A DNA stretch of 48,525 nucleotides from a virus: the IMG/VR virus record IMGVR_UViG_3300000976_000003, positions 1 to 48,525 of that record; one strand, 5' to 3'. The notes beneath the pieces are model-generated. The model saw only the letters and a program-made list of their open reading frames with translations. It was not told the DNA's origin and searched no databases. This document shows, piece after piece, positions 32,505-40,515 of the stretch (its first letter is position 1; each line of letters starts with the position of its first letter). A program made the position numbers and the translations under genes.

Positions 32505-32602
32505 GGTTGTGTATAACAAGTGTGTAAATGCACTTTCAGAAAAGCCTATTTGGAAAAGTCAAATATGCTTTTGTATTGGCAATCAATAGGTTGAGTCATA
32601 CC
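32505..32602 (+). repeat. imperfect-palindrome intergenic element, copy D (diverged)
   Basis: GGTTGTGTATAAC...GAAAAGCCTATTTGG/TCAAATATGCTTTTG...GGTTGAGTCATACC. Confidence 0.55.
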
Positions 32603-32622
32603 TAGTCGTTTGAAAACGACTA
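32603..32622 (+). other. perfect hairpin TAGTCGTT-TGAA-AACGACTA
   Basis: An 8-bp stem with a tetraloop. Confidence 0.6.
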
Positions 32623-32682
32623 CAATTACTTAAACATAAAACAATTCATGTTAAAATAATTCCATATACCACAATTTCTCCT

Positions 32683-32690
32683 TATATTTG
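32683..32690 (+). promoter_or_regulatory. TATATTTG box; candidate late promoter -7 element
   Basis: Exact TAnnTTTG match. It lies in the 3' arm of hairpin ATACCACAA...TTGTGGTAT (32666..32696). Confidence 0.35.
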
Positions 32691-32698
32691 TGGTATTC

Positions 32699-32750
32699 AA
32701 AAAAGCAATTATCTGTAACGGAACAACCGTTTACATTTAATTGCTTTTTT
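32699..32750 (+). terminator. strong hairpin terminator immediately downstream of the candidate late promoter
   Basis: AAAAAAGCAATTA...TAATTGCTTTTTT forms a 13-bp outer stem, with an inner stem GTAACGG/CCGTTTAC. Confidence 0.65.
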
Positions 32751-32796
32751 GTTGAATCCAAGTAACCTCAAAGGTTTTTGGAAACGAAATCAATAG

Positions 32797-32838
32797 AAGG
32801 GTTTGTTTTGTACACGGGTACAAGACAAACCCTTTTCT
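32797..32838 (+). terminator. 17-bp hairpin AAGGGTTTGTTTTGTAC-ACGG-GTACAAGACAAACCCTT plus TTCT, 14 nt before ATG 32852
   Basis: The arms are complementary with one T:G pair. Confidence 0.5.
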
Positions 32839-32851
32839 AGTTTATAGAGGA

Positions 32852-33520
32852 ATGAGAAAAAACGGAGAAAATAAACCTTGTGATAATTGTGGTGTCAGTA
32901 TTTATTTACCCAAATCAAGGTTAAAAAGAGCAAAAAACACATTTTGTTCAAAAGATTGCTACGATAAGCATCAATCAAGAAATAAGATAGTTTTTGATTG
33001 TAAAATTTGTGGTGAAAAATTTAGCCTCTCCAAAGGCGAAGTAGAGAAGGCGACAAAGAGGGGACATAAAAAACTATACTGTTCTTTAGTCTGTCGAAAT
33101 AATGATAAGCATCGAATGACGGAAAAGGCGCAGGCGATGAATGAAGTCCAAAGGAATAAAACAGGCCCTAATAAACTAGAATTGGCTGGACGGCATTGGT
33201 TGACCGAATCACTTGGATTTATCAAAGATGTTGATTTCAAAGAACAAGTATTAATGTTTGATAAATTCTGTGTCGATGTGGCTTTTGTGAATATCAAACT
33301 TATAGTCCAGTTCGATGGAGAATATTGGCATCAAAAGCCAAAAAGAAAGAAGTTAGACGAAAGTCAAGACGCATATTTGAATAAATGTGGCTATACGGTG
33401 TTTCGGGTGACAGACAAGGAAATGTATTGTAAGGATGGATATTTGAACGAAGAGATAATATTGGGTTTTACGAGTAGATATTCAGAATGCGTTCTTCAAA
33501 ACGTAATGTTAAGTAAATAA
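32852..33520 (+). CDS. Zn-finger protein with C-terminal DUF559/Vsr-like endonuclease-type domain (possible homing or packaging-associated nuclease)
   Basis: Two CxxC...CxxC clusters. The C-terminus CVDVAFVNIKLIVQFDGEYWH...GYTVFRV resembles DUF559-type nucleases. The gene lies directly upstream of terS. Confidence 0.45.
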   Translation: MRKNGENKPCDNCGVSIYLPKSRLKRAKNTFCSKDCYDKHQSRNKIVFDCKICGEKFSLSKGEVEKATKRGHKKLYCSLVCRNNDKHRMTEKAQAMNEVQRNKTGPNKLELAGRHWLTESLGFIKDVDFKEQVLMFDKFCVDVAFVNIKLIVQFDGEYWHQKPKRKKLDESQDAYLNKCGYTVFRVTDKEMYCKDGYLNEEIILGFTSRYSECVLQNVMLSK

Positions 33521-33530
33521 ATAAATAATA

Positions 33531-33971
33531 ATGCCAGCACCTAAAGGAAATAAATATTGGCAATTAAGAAGTAGGCATGGTAAGCCAAAAATCTACACTC
33601 CTTCAAGTCTTTGGAAAAAGGCTTGTGAATACTTCCAATGGATAGACGAAAACCCAATAGAGGAGATAGAAACTAAAACTAACGGGGATAACAAAACCAT
33701 TAAAATCACTAAACACGCCAAACCTTATACTGAATCAGGAATGTGTGTTTTTATGAATATAAATACCGACACATGGACAGATTACTGTTCAAATAAAAAT
33801 GGTTATGAAGATTATTCCGTAGTCTCTATGACAATAAAAAATATCATTAAAACTCAAAAATTTGAGGGAGCTGCTACAGGATTGTTTAATGCCAGTATAA
33901 TTGCAAGAGATATTGGCTTATCAGAAAAAATTGAGCATAAACATAACATCTTAGAAATAGACTGGACTTAA
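33531..33971 (+). CDS. terS: terminase small subunit
   Basis: The N-terminus PAPKGNKYWQLRSRHGKPKIYTPSSLWKKACEYFQWIDENP is typical of phage small terminase/DNA-packaging proteins. It lies upstream of terL. Confidence 0.6.
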   Translation: MPAPKGNKYWQLRSRHGKPKIYTPSSLWKKACEYFQWIDENPIEEIETKTNGDNKTIKITKHAKPYTESGMCVFMNINTDTWTDYCSNKNGYEDYSVVSMTIKNIIKTQKFEGAATGLFNASIIARDIGLSEKIEHKHNILEIDWT

Positions 33972-34213
33972 TGAGGTTAAAAAAAGGTACAGGTATAGTC
34001 GCATTTGCAAATCATAGTTCTATATCTCTTCTCGCTTTTGGAGATATACGGAGAAGTGTAACTAACGGTAGTACTTTAAATTCTGCAATTAGAGATTTCA
34101 TGCAATTGTATGGATTAACAGATGATGATGTAGACCTTGAATCATTAAGAGTTTTCTATTATAGATTCTTGAAAAATGTAATTGGCGATGAGAATAAAAA
34201 TAAAGAAACCTAA
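33971..34213 (+). CDS. hypothetical protein (80 aa)
   Basis: The start is a TAATG overlap. The gene overlaps the terL start region. Confidence 0.4.
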   Translation: MRLKKGTGIVAFANHSSISLLAFGDIRRSVTNGSTLNSAIRDFMQLYGLTDDDVDLESLRVFYYRFLKNVIGDENKNKET

Positions 34214-35501
34214 TCTAGCCAATTACCAAAAACAAATAATTTACTGTGAAAAAAGATTCACGGTTACCGAAGCATCAACAAAAACAGGAAAAACATTTTC
34301 CCATTTGTTTTGGCTTTTTGAAATGGCGCATGGAAATAATAAGCAGTATTATTCCAATGATATAAAAGAAGGAATGGAATTTTGGTGGGTAGCTCCTATC
34401 TATACACAAGCTAAAATAGCATTCAATCGTATGAAGCTGAGGCTTAAAGGAGCAACTTCATATAAAATCAATGAATCTGATTTGTACATAGAAACGCCAT
34501 TGGGTTCAATAATACGGTTTAAAAGTGCGGACAAACCCGATGGGCTTTATGGAGAAGATGTTTATGCGGTTGTTTTCGATGAGTTCACAAGAGCAAAAGA
34601 AACAGCATGGCATGCTATCAGGTCGACCATTACTGCAACTAAGGCACCATGTAAGTTTATAGGTAATTACAAAGGAAAAAGTAATTGGGGACATAAATTA
34701 GGAAAGAAAGCTTTAACAGATGACAACTATGCTTATTTCAAAATTACAGCTTATGATGCTGTAGAAGCGGGTATACTTGATTTGCAAGAAGTTGAAGACG
34801 CTAAAAGTGATTTACCGAAAGCGGTTTTTGATGCTTTATATTTAGCTGAAGGTGATATTGATGATGGTTTATTATTTATGGATGATGACATCCAAAATGC
34901 CTTTACCAACAATTTTATTAAGCCTAACGAAAAGAACAAATTTCTTACATGCGATATCGCTGCTTATGGTTCAGATAGATTTGTTTGTACATATTGGGAA
35001 GGATGGGTTATTCAAAAAATATATGTTTTCTCAAAGCTTGAGCCTGACCAGGTAGAACAGAAAATACGGGAATTAGCAAAACATCATGGCGTTGCACGCT
35101 CCAATATAATTTATGATGCTGATGGATTGGGGACATATTTAAGAGGATACCTTAAAGGCGCAAAACATTTTATCAATGGTGCAAAGCCAATAAAAGTTGA
35201 AGGTAAGGATGAAAACTATAAGCACTTGAAGGCTCAATGTTGGTATATGTTATCTCATATATTCTCAAGCAATGAAATATTTATCAATGATGAAACCTAT
35301 AAAGAAGACATAGTATCAGAATTAGGAGTAATAAAAAGATTGATTAGTGAAGGGAAATTAACAATCATCCCTAAAAAGAAGATTACTCAAATACTAGGAT
35401 ATTCTCCAGACATAGCTGATACATTGATGATGAGAGTTTACGGTGATATATCAAAGAAAAAATCAAAATACGGAATAGCGAACATTAAACGCAACCAATG
35501 A
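34188..35501 (+). CDS. terL: terminase large subunit
   Basis: Walker A ASTKTGKT and Walker B YAVVFDEF. The C-terminal nuclease-like acidic motif is CDIAAYGSD. The gene lies upstream of the portal gene. Confidence 0.8.
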   Translation: MRIKIKKPNLANYQKQIIYCEKRFTVTEASTKTGKTFSHLFWLFEMAHGNNKQYYSNDIKEGMEFWWVAPIYTQAKIAFNRMKLRLKGATSYKINESDLYIETPLGSIIRFKSADKPDGLYGEDVYAVVFDEFTRAKETAWHAIRSTITATKAPCKFIGNYKGKSNWGHKLGKKALTDDNYAYFKITAYDAVEAGILDLQEVEDAKSDLPKAVFDALYLAEGDIDDGLLFMDDDIQNAFTNNFIKPNEKNKFLTCDIAAYGSDRFVCTYWEGWVIQKIYVFSKLEPDQVEQKIRELAKHHGVARSNIIYDADGLGTYLRGYLKGAKHFINGAKPIKVEGKDENYKHLKAQCWYMLSHIFSSNEIFINDETYKEDIVSELGVIKRLISEGKLTIIPKKKITQILGYSPDIADTLMMRVYGDISKKKSKYGIANIKRNQ

Positions 35502-37354
35502 CAGTAGAAGAAGCAAGACAATTATTAATTGAATTAATCGGCAAAGATGAAAGACATCCTTGTTATGACCGAACGATTGAGGTGAAGAAATTCGCTAAGC
35601 AGGTCATGACAGGTAAAGGTCAGGACGAACTAATTGTGTCTGTGAAACTTCGTGAGTCGGATGAATTACAAAAACAGCGTATTCGGTTGACGAATAGCTA
35701 TACAAGTATTGTTGGAAATCAAGTGTTATCGGTGTTTAAGAAAGTGCGACGTACAGACTCTGTGAAAAAAGAATTTTCTGCTGACAATCAAAAACGGATT
35801 GCGGATATTAACAACAAACTTAAAACATTCTACTCTAAGCAAAACTATGAATCATATTTGCATGAAGAACTTCTAAGAGCAAATTTTTATGACCCCAATT
35901 CGATATTAATATTCGAAAGGAAAGATACCAGAGGAGATGAGAACGAGGTCAAAGACATCAACATGTATCCTTTTGAAGTGCCTTGTGAGCAAGTGTACAA
36001 CTTCCAAGAAAAGAACGGTTGCTTGGATTGGGTGTTAGTTTGTCAGAAGGAAGAAGTACAAGTCAAAGATAAAAAGACATCTAGTAACAGCTATGTTCCT
36101 GAAGATGTCCAAAAAATGGCTGATTCGACTAAGAAAATTGAGTTATGCACATTTTTCCTCTATGCAGATGAATTTTACATCAAATTAGAAGAATATGATA
36201 AAGATACTATCCCTGATAATGAATTTGAACGATTTGAAATAAGTTTAAAAAACAGTAAAAAGAAAAGAACCTTCATCTATTCCATATACCAAGCTGGTAA
36301 CAAGCAAATTCAAGCAATAAGAGTGGGTTTTACTCCTGACCCCGAGACAGATAGCAAAACTTTTGTAACGCCGCTTTACCCTGCCGAAAATGTGATTTTG
36401 GATTTGATTCGGGATAAATCATATTTAGATATTACCAAAGCACTCCATACTTTCTTACAGAAATATGTCTATGCAGAGAAATGTGATTTCGAGCATGAAG
36501 AAAAAGGAGAATGTGTATCAGGATGTTTAGGAGGTCAAGAAGAGCATAAATGCCCTCAATGTAATGGAAGTGGTCATTTATACCACACAACTGACCAAGA
36601 GGTTGTCGCCATCAATTTTCCTGAAGATGAAAAACCAGTACCATTATCAACATTAGCACATTATGTAACCCTCCCTCACGAAACACCAGTTTTTCAGCGT
36701 GAAGAACTAGAACGAGAAATGCGACTTGTAATAACCGCCATCTTCAATACAGAAATCTTTGAAACGCCACAATTGGCAGCCACGGCCACAGCAAGTATTA
36801 TTGAATACGAAAAGATATATGATGTACTGCTTCCGTTCGCTCAAAAATATTCAGAGGTATGGAAACTTGGGCTGAATACCTTTTGTGATTATCTCGAAAT
36901 TGAAGAGCGAACGGTTGAGCATCAATTTCCACTCGACTTCAAAATGAAGCGACTGAATGAATTGATTGCGGAATATGAAGCTGCTGTAAAGGCTGGCGTA
37001 TCTTATGAAGTGCTTTGGTCTATTGAATGTGATATAATTGCAAAGCAGTATGCTAATGACAGGAAAATGGTTGCGGGCATCAAGTCTAAACAGTTTTTTA
37101 AGCCGTTTCAAGATAAGACATCAGAAGAGATAGTTTTCATTTTAATGAAACGAAAACCAACTGATTTTGACAGAGTGTTGTATGAGAATTTTGCACGTGT
37201 ATTCAATGAGATTGAACGAGAGCAACAGGAAGATAGCAATCCGTCTTTTTCTGAATTGAGTTACGACAGGCAGAAAGAGCTGGTAAAAGAGAAGGTTAAT
37301 GAATTAATCGAGGGGATTGAGTATGAAGGGGTTGAGCAAATAGATGTATTATAG
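35498..37354 (+). CDS. portal protein (by position and size), carrying a CxxCxGxG Cys cluster
   Basis: 618 aa, with an ATGA overlap with terL. It is followed by a MuF-like gene. Confidence 0.6.
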   Translation: MTVEEARQLLIELIGKDERHPCYDRTIEVKKFAKQVMTGKGQDELIVSVKLRESDELQKQRIRLTNSYTSIVGNQVLSVFKKVRRTDSVKKEFSADNQKRIADINNKLKTFYSKQNYESYLHEELLRANFYDPNSILIFERKDTRGDENEVKDINMYPFEVPCEQVYNFQEKNGCLDWVLVCQKEEVQVKDKKTSSNSYVPEDVQKMADSTKKIELCTFFLYADEFYIKLEEYDKDTIPDNEFERFEISLKNSKKKRTFIYSIYQAGNKQIQAIRVGFTPDPETDSKTFVTPLYPAENVILDLIRDKSYLDITKALHTFLQKYVYAEKCDFEHEEKGECVSGCLGGQEEHKCPQCNGSGHLYHTTDQEVVAINFPEDEKPVPLSTLAHYVTLPHETPVFQREELEREMRLVITAIFNTEIFETPQLAATATASIIEYEKIYDVLLPFAQKYSEVWKLGLNTFCDYLEIEERTVEHQFPLDFKMKRLNELIAEYEAAVKAGVSYEVLWSIECDIIAKQYANDRKMVAGIKSKQFFKPFQDKTSEEIVFILMKRKPTDFDRVLYENFARVFNEIEREQQEDSNPSFSELSYDRQKELVKEKVNELIEGIEYEGVEQIDVL

Positions 37355-37356
37355 AT

Positions 37357-37605
37357 ATGGGATGCAGTAAAACCAAAGGAATACCACCATTACCTGATTT
37401 TGACACATGCAGCGAAAGTGATTCGTTAGAAGCGGTGTGGGTTTTCTCAATAAAAGGTGAATTTTTACTGAGAAATAATCAGGTATATGCTAGGATTATT
37501 GATGTCAAAGAAGATAAAGGGCAAGTGCATTTAACTCTAGAAAATAATTCTAACAATAGATTTCTTAATGGTCAGATTAGTACCGCAACACTTGTAGTTA
37601 AATAA
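37357..37605 (+). CDS. hypothetical protein (82 aa)
   Basis: ATG ORF in the head module. Confidence 0.5.
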   Translation: MGCSKTKGIPPLPDFDTCSESDSLEAVWVFSIKGEFLLRNNQVYARIIDVKEDKGQVHLTLENNSNNRFLNGQISTATLVVK

Positions 37606-38483
37606 TGAGGTCACGGTCACAATTCGGCAAAGAACGCAACCGCTTCATTCGAGAGAAAGAAGAACTCCTTTTCGCAAGAGTGCGAGGGGCGCAAAGTCAT
37701 TTGTATAGTTTGTTGATTGAGTTGATAAGCGATTTTGATACGGACGAGGACAAGAACATCAAGTTCACGGCACGGAATATCAGTAAGCGGACTGCTTTGA
37801 ATCAAATAATTACAGCTTTTAACAAATCTCGTGCTGTCAGTATCGCAAAATGGGTCGTTGAACGAGTCCGAGAACTAATTGGGTTAAATAAAGGTTATTT
37901 CAAGCACCTTGATTCAGATGCGAAAGTAGACGACCGAGTTAGAAAAAGAATAATGACTCGATTGGGATATGACGAGGTTAAGAAAAAGATTATCAAAAAT
38001 AGTTTCCTTGACAGGATAACTAATACAACGAGCTTGGCGGAGGAGATTGGGCAAGATTTCAATCGTGGGATAGAAAGTAAGATGTCTCTGAGTCAGTTTA
38101 GAAAGCAGTTCAAAGCAAAATTTACCAACCCTGATGGACTGGGAATGGTTGAACGTAATTTCTACAGAACGACCAACGATATTTTTGCAAGCTACGACCG
38201 AGCCATTGCGCTTGATTATGCGGACGAATTGGAATTGAATCATGCTATTTATGCAGGAACAGAAAAGAATAATACTAGAGACTTCTGTAAAGAGCGATTG
38301 AACAAATTATACACTAGAGAAGAAATAAGAAACTGGGCAAATCTTGACTTTCAAGGTAAACCAAAAATATACAATCCTGAAACAGATTGCGGTGGCTATA
38401 ATTGCCGACATAGTTTGAATTGGATTAGCGACGAATTAGCAAAACGACTTATCCCAAGATTGGGGCTTAATCAATATAATTAA
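37605..38483 (+). CDS. minor head protein, Mu F / SPP1 gp7-like
   Basis: The C-terminal signature is RDFCKERLNKLYT...CGGYNCRHSLNWIS. The gene lies after the portal gene. Confidence 0.65.
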   Translation: MRSRSQFGKERNRFIREKEELLFARVRGAQSHLYSLLIELISDFDTDEDKNIKFTARNISKRTALNQIITAFNKSRAVSIAKWVVERVRELIGLNKGYFKHLDSDAKVDDRVRKRIMTRLGYDEVKKKIIKNSFLDRITNTTSLAEEIGQDFNRGIESKMSLSQFRKQFKAKFTNPDGLGMVERNFYRTTNDIFASYDRAIALDYADELELNHAIYAGTEKNNTRDFCKERLNKLYTREEIRNWANLDFQGKPKIYNPETDCGGYNCRHSLNWISDELAKRLIPRLGLNQYN

Positions 38484-38485
38484 AA

Positions 38486-38743
38486 ATGACTAAAAAGAAA
38501 TTACAAAAAATGCCAACTTTCGGTGCAGCGGCAGTCCGTAACAAAGAACAACAAGAACAGGAAGCAAAGCAAAAGCGTAATCAAGTAATTATGGCGCAAG
38601 AGAAAATCGCTTCAACGATTCGTAATTACAAGGTCAAATGTATCGAATCTTGTGATAGTAATTTAAAGCTAGCCAAAGAAATGTTTGATTGGGTGATGCA
38701 AAAAGAAGAAGGCATCTTGGAAGTGCCAAAATTTGAGGAATAG
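38486..38743 (+). CDS. small K/E/Q-rich protein (85 aa)
   Basis: ATG ORF. Confidence 0.5.
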   Translation: MTKKKLQKMPTFGAAAVRNKEQQEQEAKQKRNQVIMAQEKIASTIRNYKVKCIESCDSNLKLAKEMFDWVMQKEEGILEVPKFEE

Positions 38744-38745
38744 AA

Positions 38746-40515
38746 ATGATTTACGATAAATACTCCATACACGTTGATTTCGGTAGTGGTTACGAACAAG
38801 TAACTCCTATCAATGATGATTTTGTTTTTTCTAATCAGAAAAACAAGGAATGGGGGTATTATCGTAGATTATTAGATACAGTTCTTGATTTTTGTAAAGA
38901 GGATTATCAAAAACTACTGGCATTAGAAAAAAGTTGTAATCGTTGTGATAAAATACCGATTCGGATAGATGCTTGTGATGAAATCGCTTTTTATGAAGGT
39001 TATTTGAACTTAAATAAAGGTAATTGGGATGAGGATAATTGTAATGTGTTGATTAAGCCAACAATTGACGATGAATACTCATGCTTGTTCGAGAATTGGA
39101 AGGTAAAGCGTAATATCTTACGAGGCACAGATAAAGTAACTGTGAACCAATTGATAGGAGAAATTGAATGCTTGGAGTGTGAAGACGGTAGTAGTTTTGG
39201 AACATCGCAAAATACGCCAGCCATAACTGGAGGTGTTTTAGTTGGTGACTTTATTGCTGCTAACGATTGCCTTCCTGACCCAAATGCATGGACATGTACA
39301 GGCAATGAAGTTCGATATTTCAGCGAGTACGAAACGGTTGGAGGATTGCAGCCGCCAAAACAAACTTACTCTAAGGCTACTTGGTGTAGAGAAAAATATA
39401 CCGGGACAACGCCGCCGCCTGGTACTTGGATTCAAATCAGCGGTAATGGATGGGTACGGGAATTAGATTTGGGTTGTGATGTTCAATATGAGTTAATCGC
39501 AACTACTTATCATTTCACAGCACCACCTGCAAACAATCGTTATTCTGTATCGACTTATTTATTTGAATGTCCTGTACCCGAATTACCAGTTGAATTCGAC
39601 AATGGAGTTACACTAGGAGATATATTTGATGCTTTCCTACAGGCATGTGAGATTGATGTTTGTTCAGATTTTTTCAATATCAATCCTGACAATACTGCAC
39701 CTTCCAATATACCGTATATGTGTGCTGGTGCCGACTTGATGAATTTGGTGTTATTCCAGAAAACAGATATTAAAAACGCTGATGCCTTTCAAAACGCTAG
39801 TATAGGGAAGTTATCTTTTGAAGATTTTTTCAAGATTTTGGCAATGTTCAATATTGAATTTTGGATTGAGGACGGAAAGTTAAGAATAGAACATGTTTCG
39901 TACAAGGAGTCTTTTGAAGAAAACGGAATTGACTTGGTAGCCGATTACTTAAAATGTATTGAAGGATTCAATCAGTATAGCTATGATTCGTTTGAAATAC
40001 CGCAAATCGAATCTTTTAGTTGGATGGACGATGTTAGACCATACTTTGAAGGTGAAGATATTTTGTACGAAGGTGGTTGTGTAGAAATCGGCGAAGAAGA
40101 AGCATACAATTTTACAAATGTTAGTACTGATGTGAATTATATCGCTAATAATGAAGCGATTAATAATGATGGATTTGTATTGATGTCAACGATTGATTTT
40201 AACGGACAATTATACTTAAATAATAACAACACACCATTAAGCTGGACAGAACTACACGAATGTTATTGGCGACATAATCGACCGCAATTTGATGGCAATA
40301 TGAACGAACAAGATACTTGTTTTGAGTCGGCAGAACGCCTAAAAACTCAAAAGGGTATTGAATTTCCTCTATGTTGTGAAGATTTCATTGACTTTAATCC
40401 GCAATTGTTGATTAATACACAAGTTGGCTGGGGAGAAATAGAACAATACAGTTACTCTGCAAAAACAGGATATATTACTGTTGATTTAAGACACGAACAA
40501 GAAAAATGTTGTTAA
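38746..40515 (+). CDS. Cys-rich virion-module protein (589 aa)
   Basis: A large ORF in the late operon that ends in EKCC. Confidence 0.55.
   Translation: MIYDKYSIHVDFGSGYEQVTPINDDFVFSNQKNKEWGYYRRLLDTVLDFCKEDYQKLLALEKSCNRCDKIPIRIDACDEIAFYEGYLNLNKGNWDEDNCNVLIKPTIDDEYSCLFENWKVKRNILRGTDKVTVNQLIGEIECLECEDGSSFGTSQNTPAITGGVLVGDFIAANDCLPDPNAWTCTGNEVRYFSEYETVGGLQPPKQTYSKATWCREKYTGTTPPPGTWIQISGNGWVRELDLGCDVQYELIATTYHFTAPPANNRYSVSTYLFECPVPELPVEFDNGVTLGDIFDAFLQACEIDVCSDFFNINPDNTAPSNIPYMCAGADLMNLVLFQKTDIKNADAFQNASIGKLSFEDFFKILAMFNIEFWIEDGKLRIEHVSYKESFEENGIDLVADYLKCIEGFNQYSYDSFEIPQIESFSWMDDVRPYFEGEDILYEGGCVEIGEEEAYNFTNVSTDVNYIANNEAINNDGFVLMSTIDFNGQLYLNNNNTPLSWTELHECYWRHNRPQFDGNMNEQDTCFESAERLKTQKGIEFPLCCEDFIDFNPQLLINTQVGWGEIEQYSYSAKTGYITVDLRHEQEKCC

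Noticed and set aside
30407-32602. Calling the cassette array a bona fide integron
   Set aside because: The integrase has a phage/IntDOT-like N-terminal arm-binding type sequence and is co-oriented with the cassettes. The box sequences only partly fit RYYYAAC/GTTRRRY. I kept it as an integron-like hypothesis, not as an annotation.
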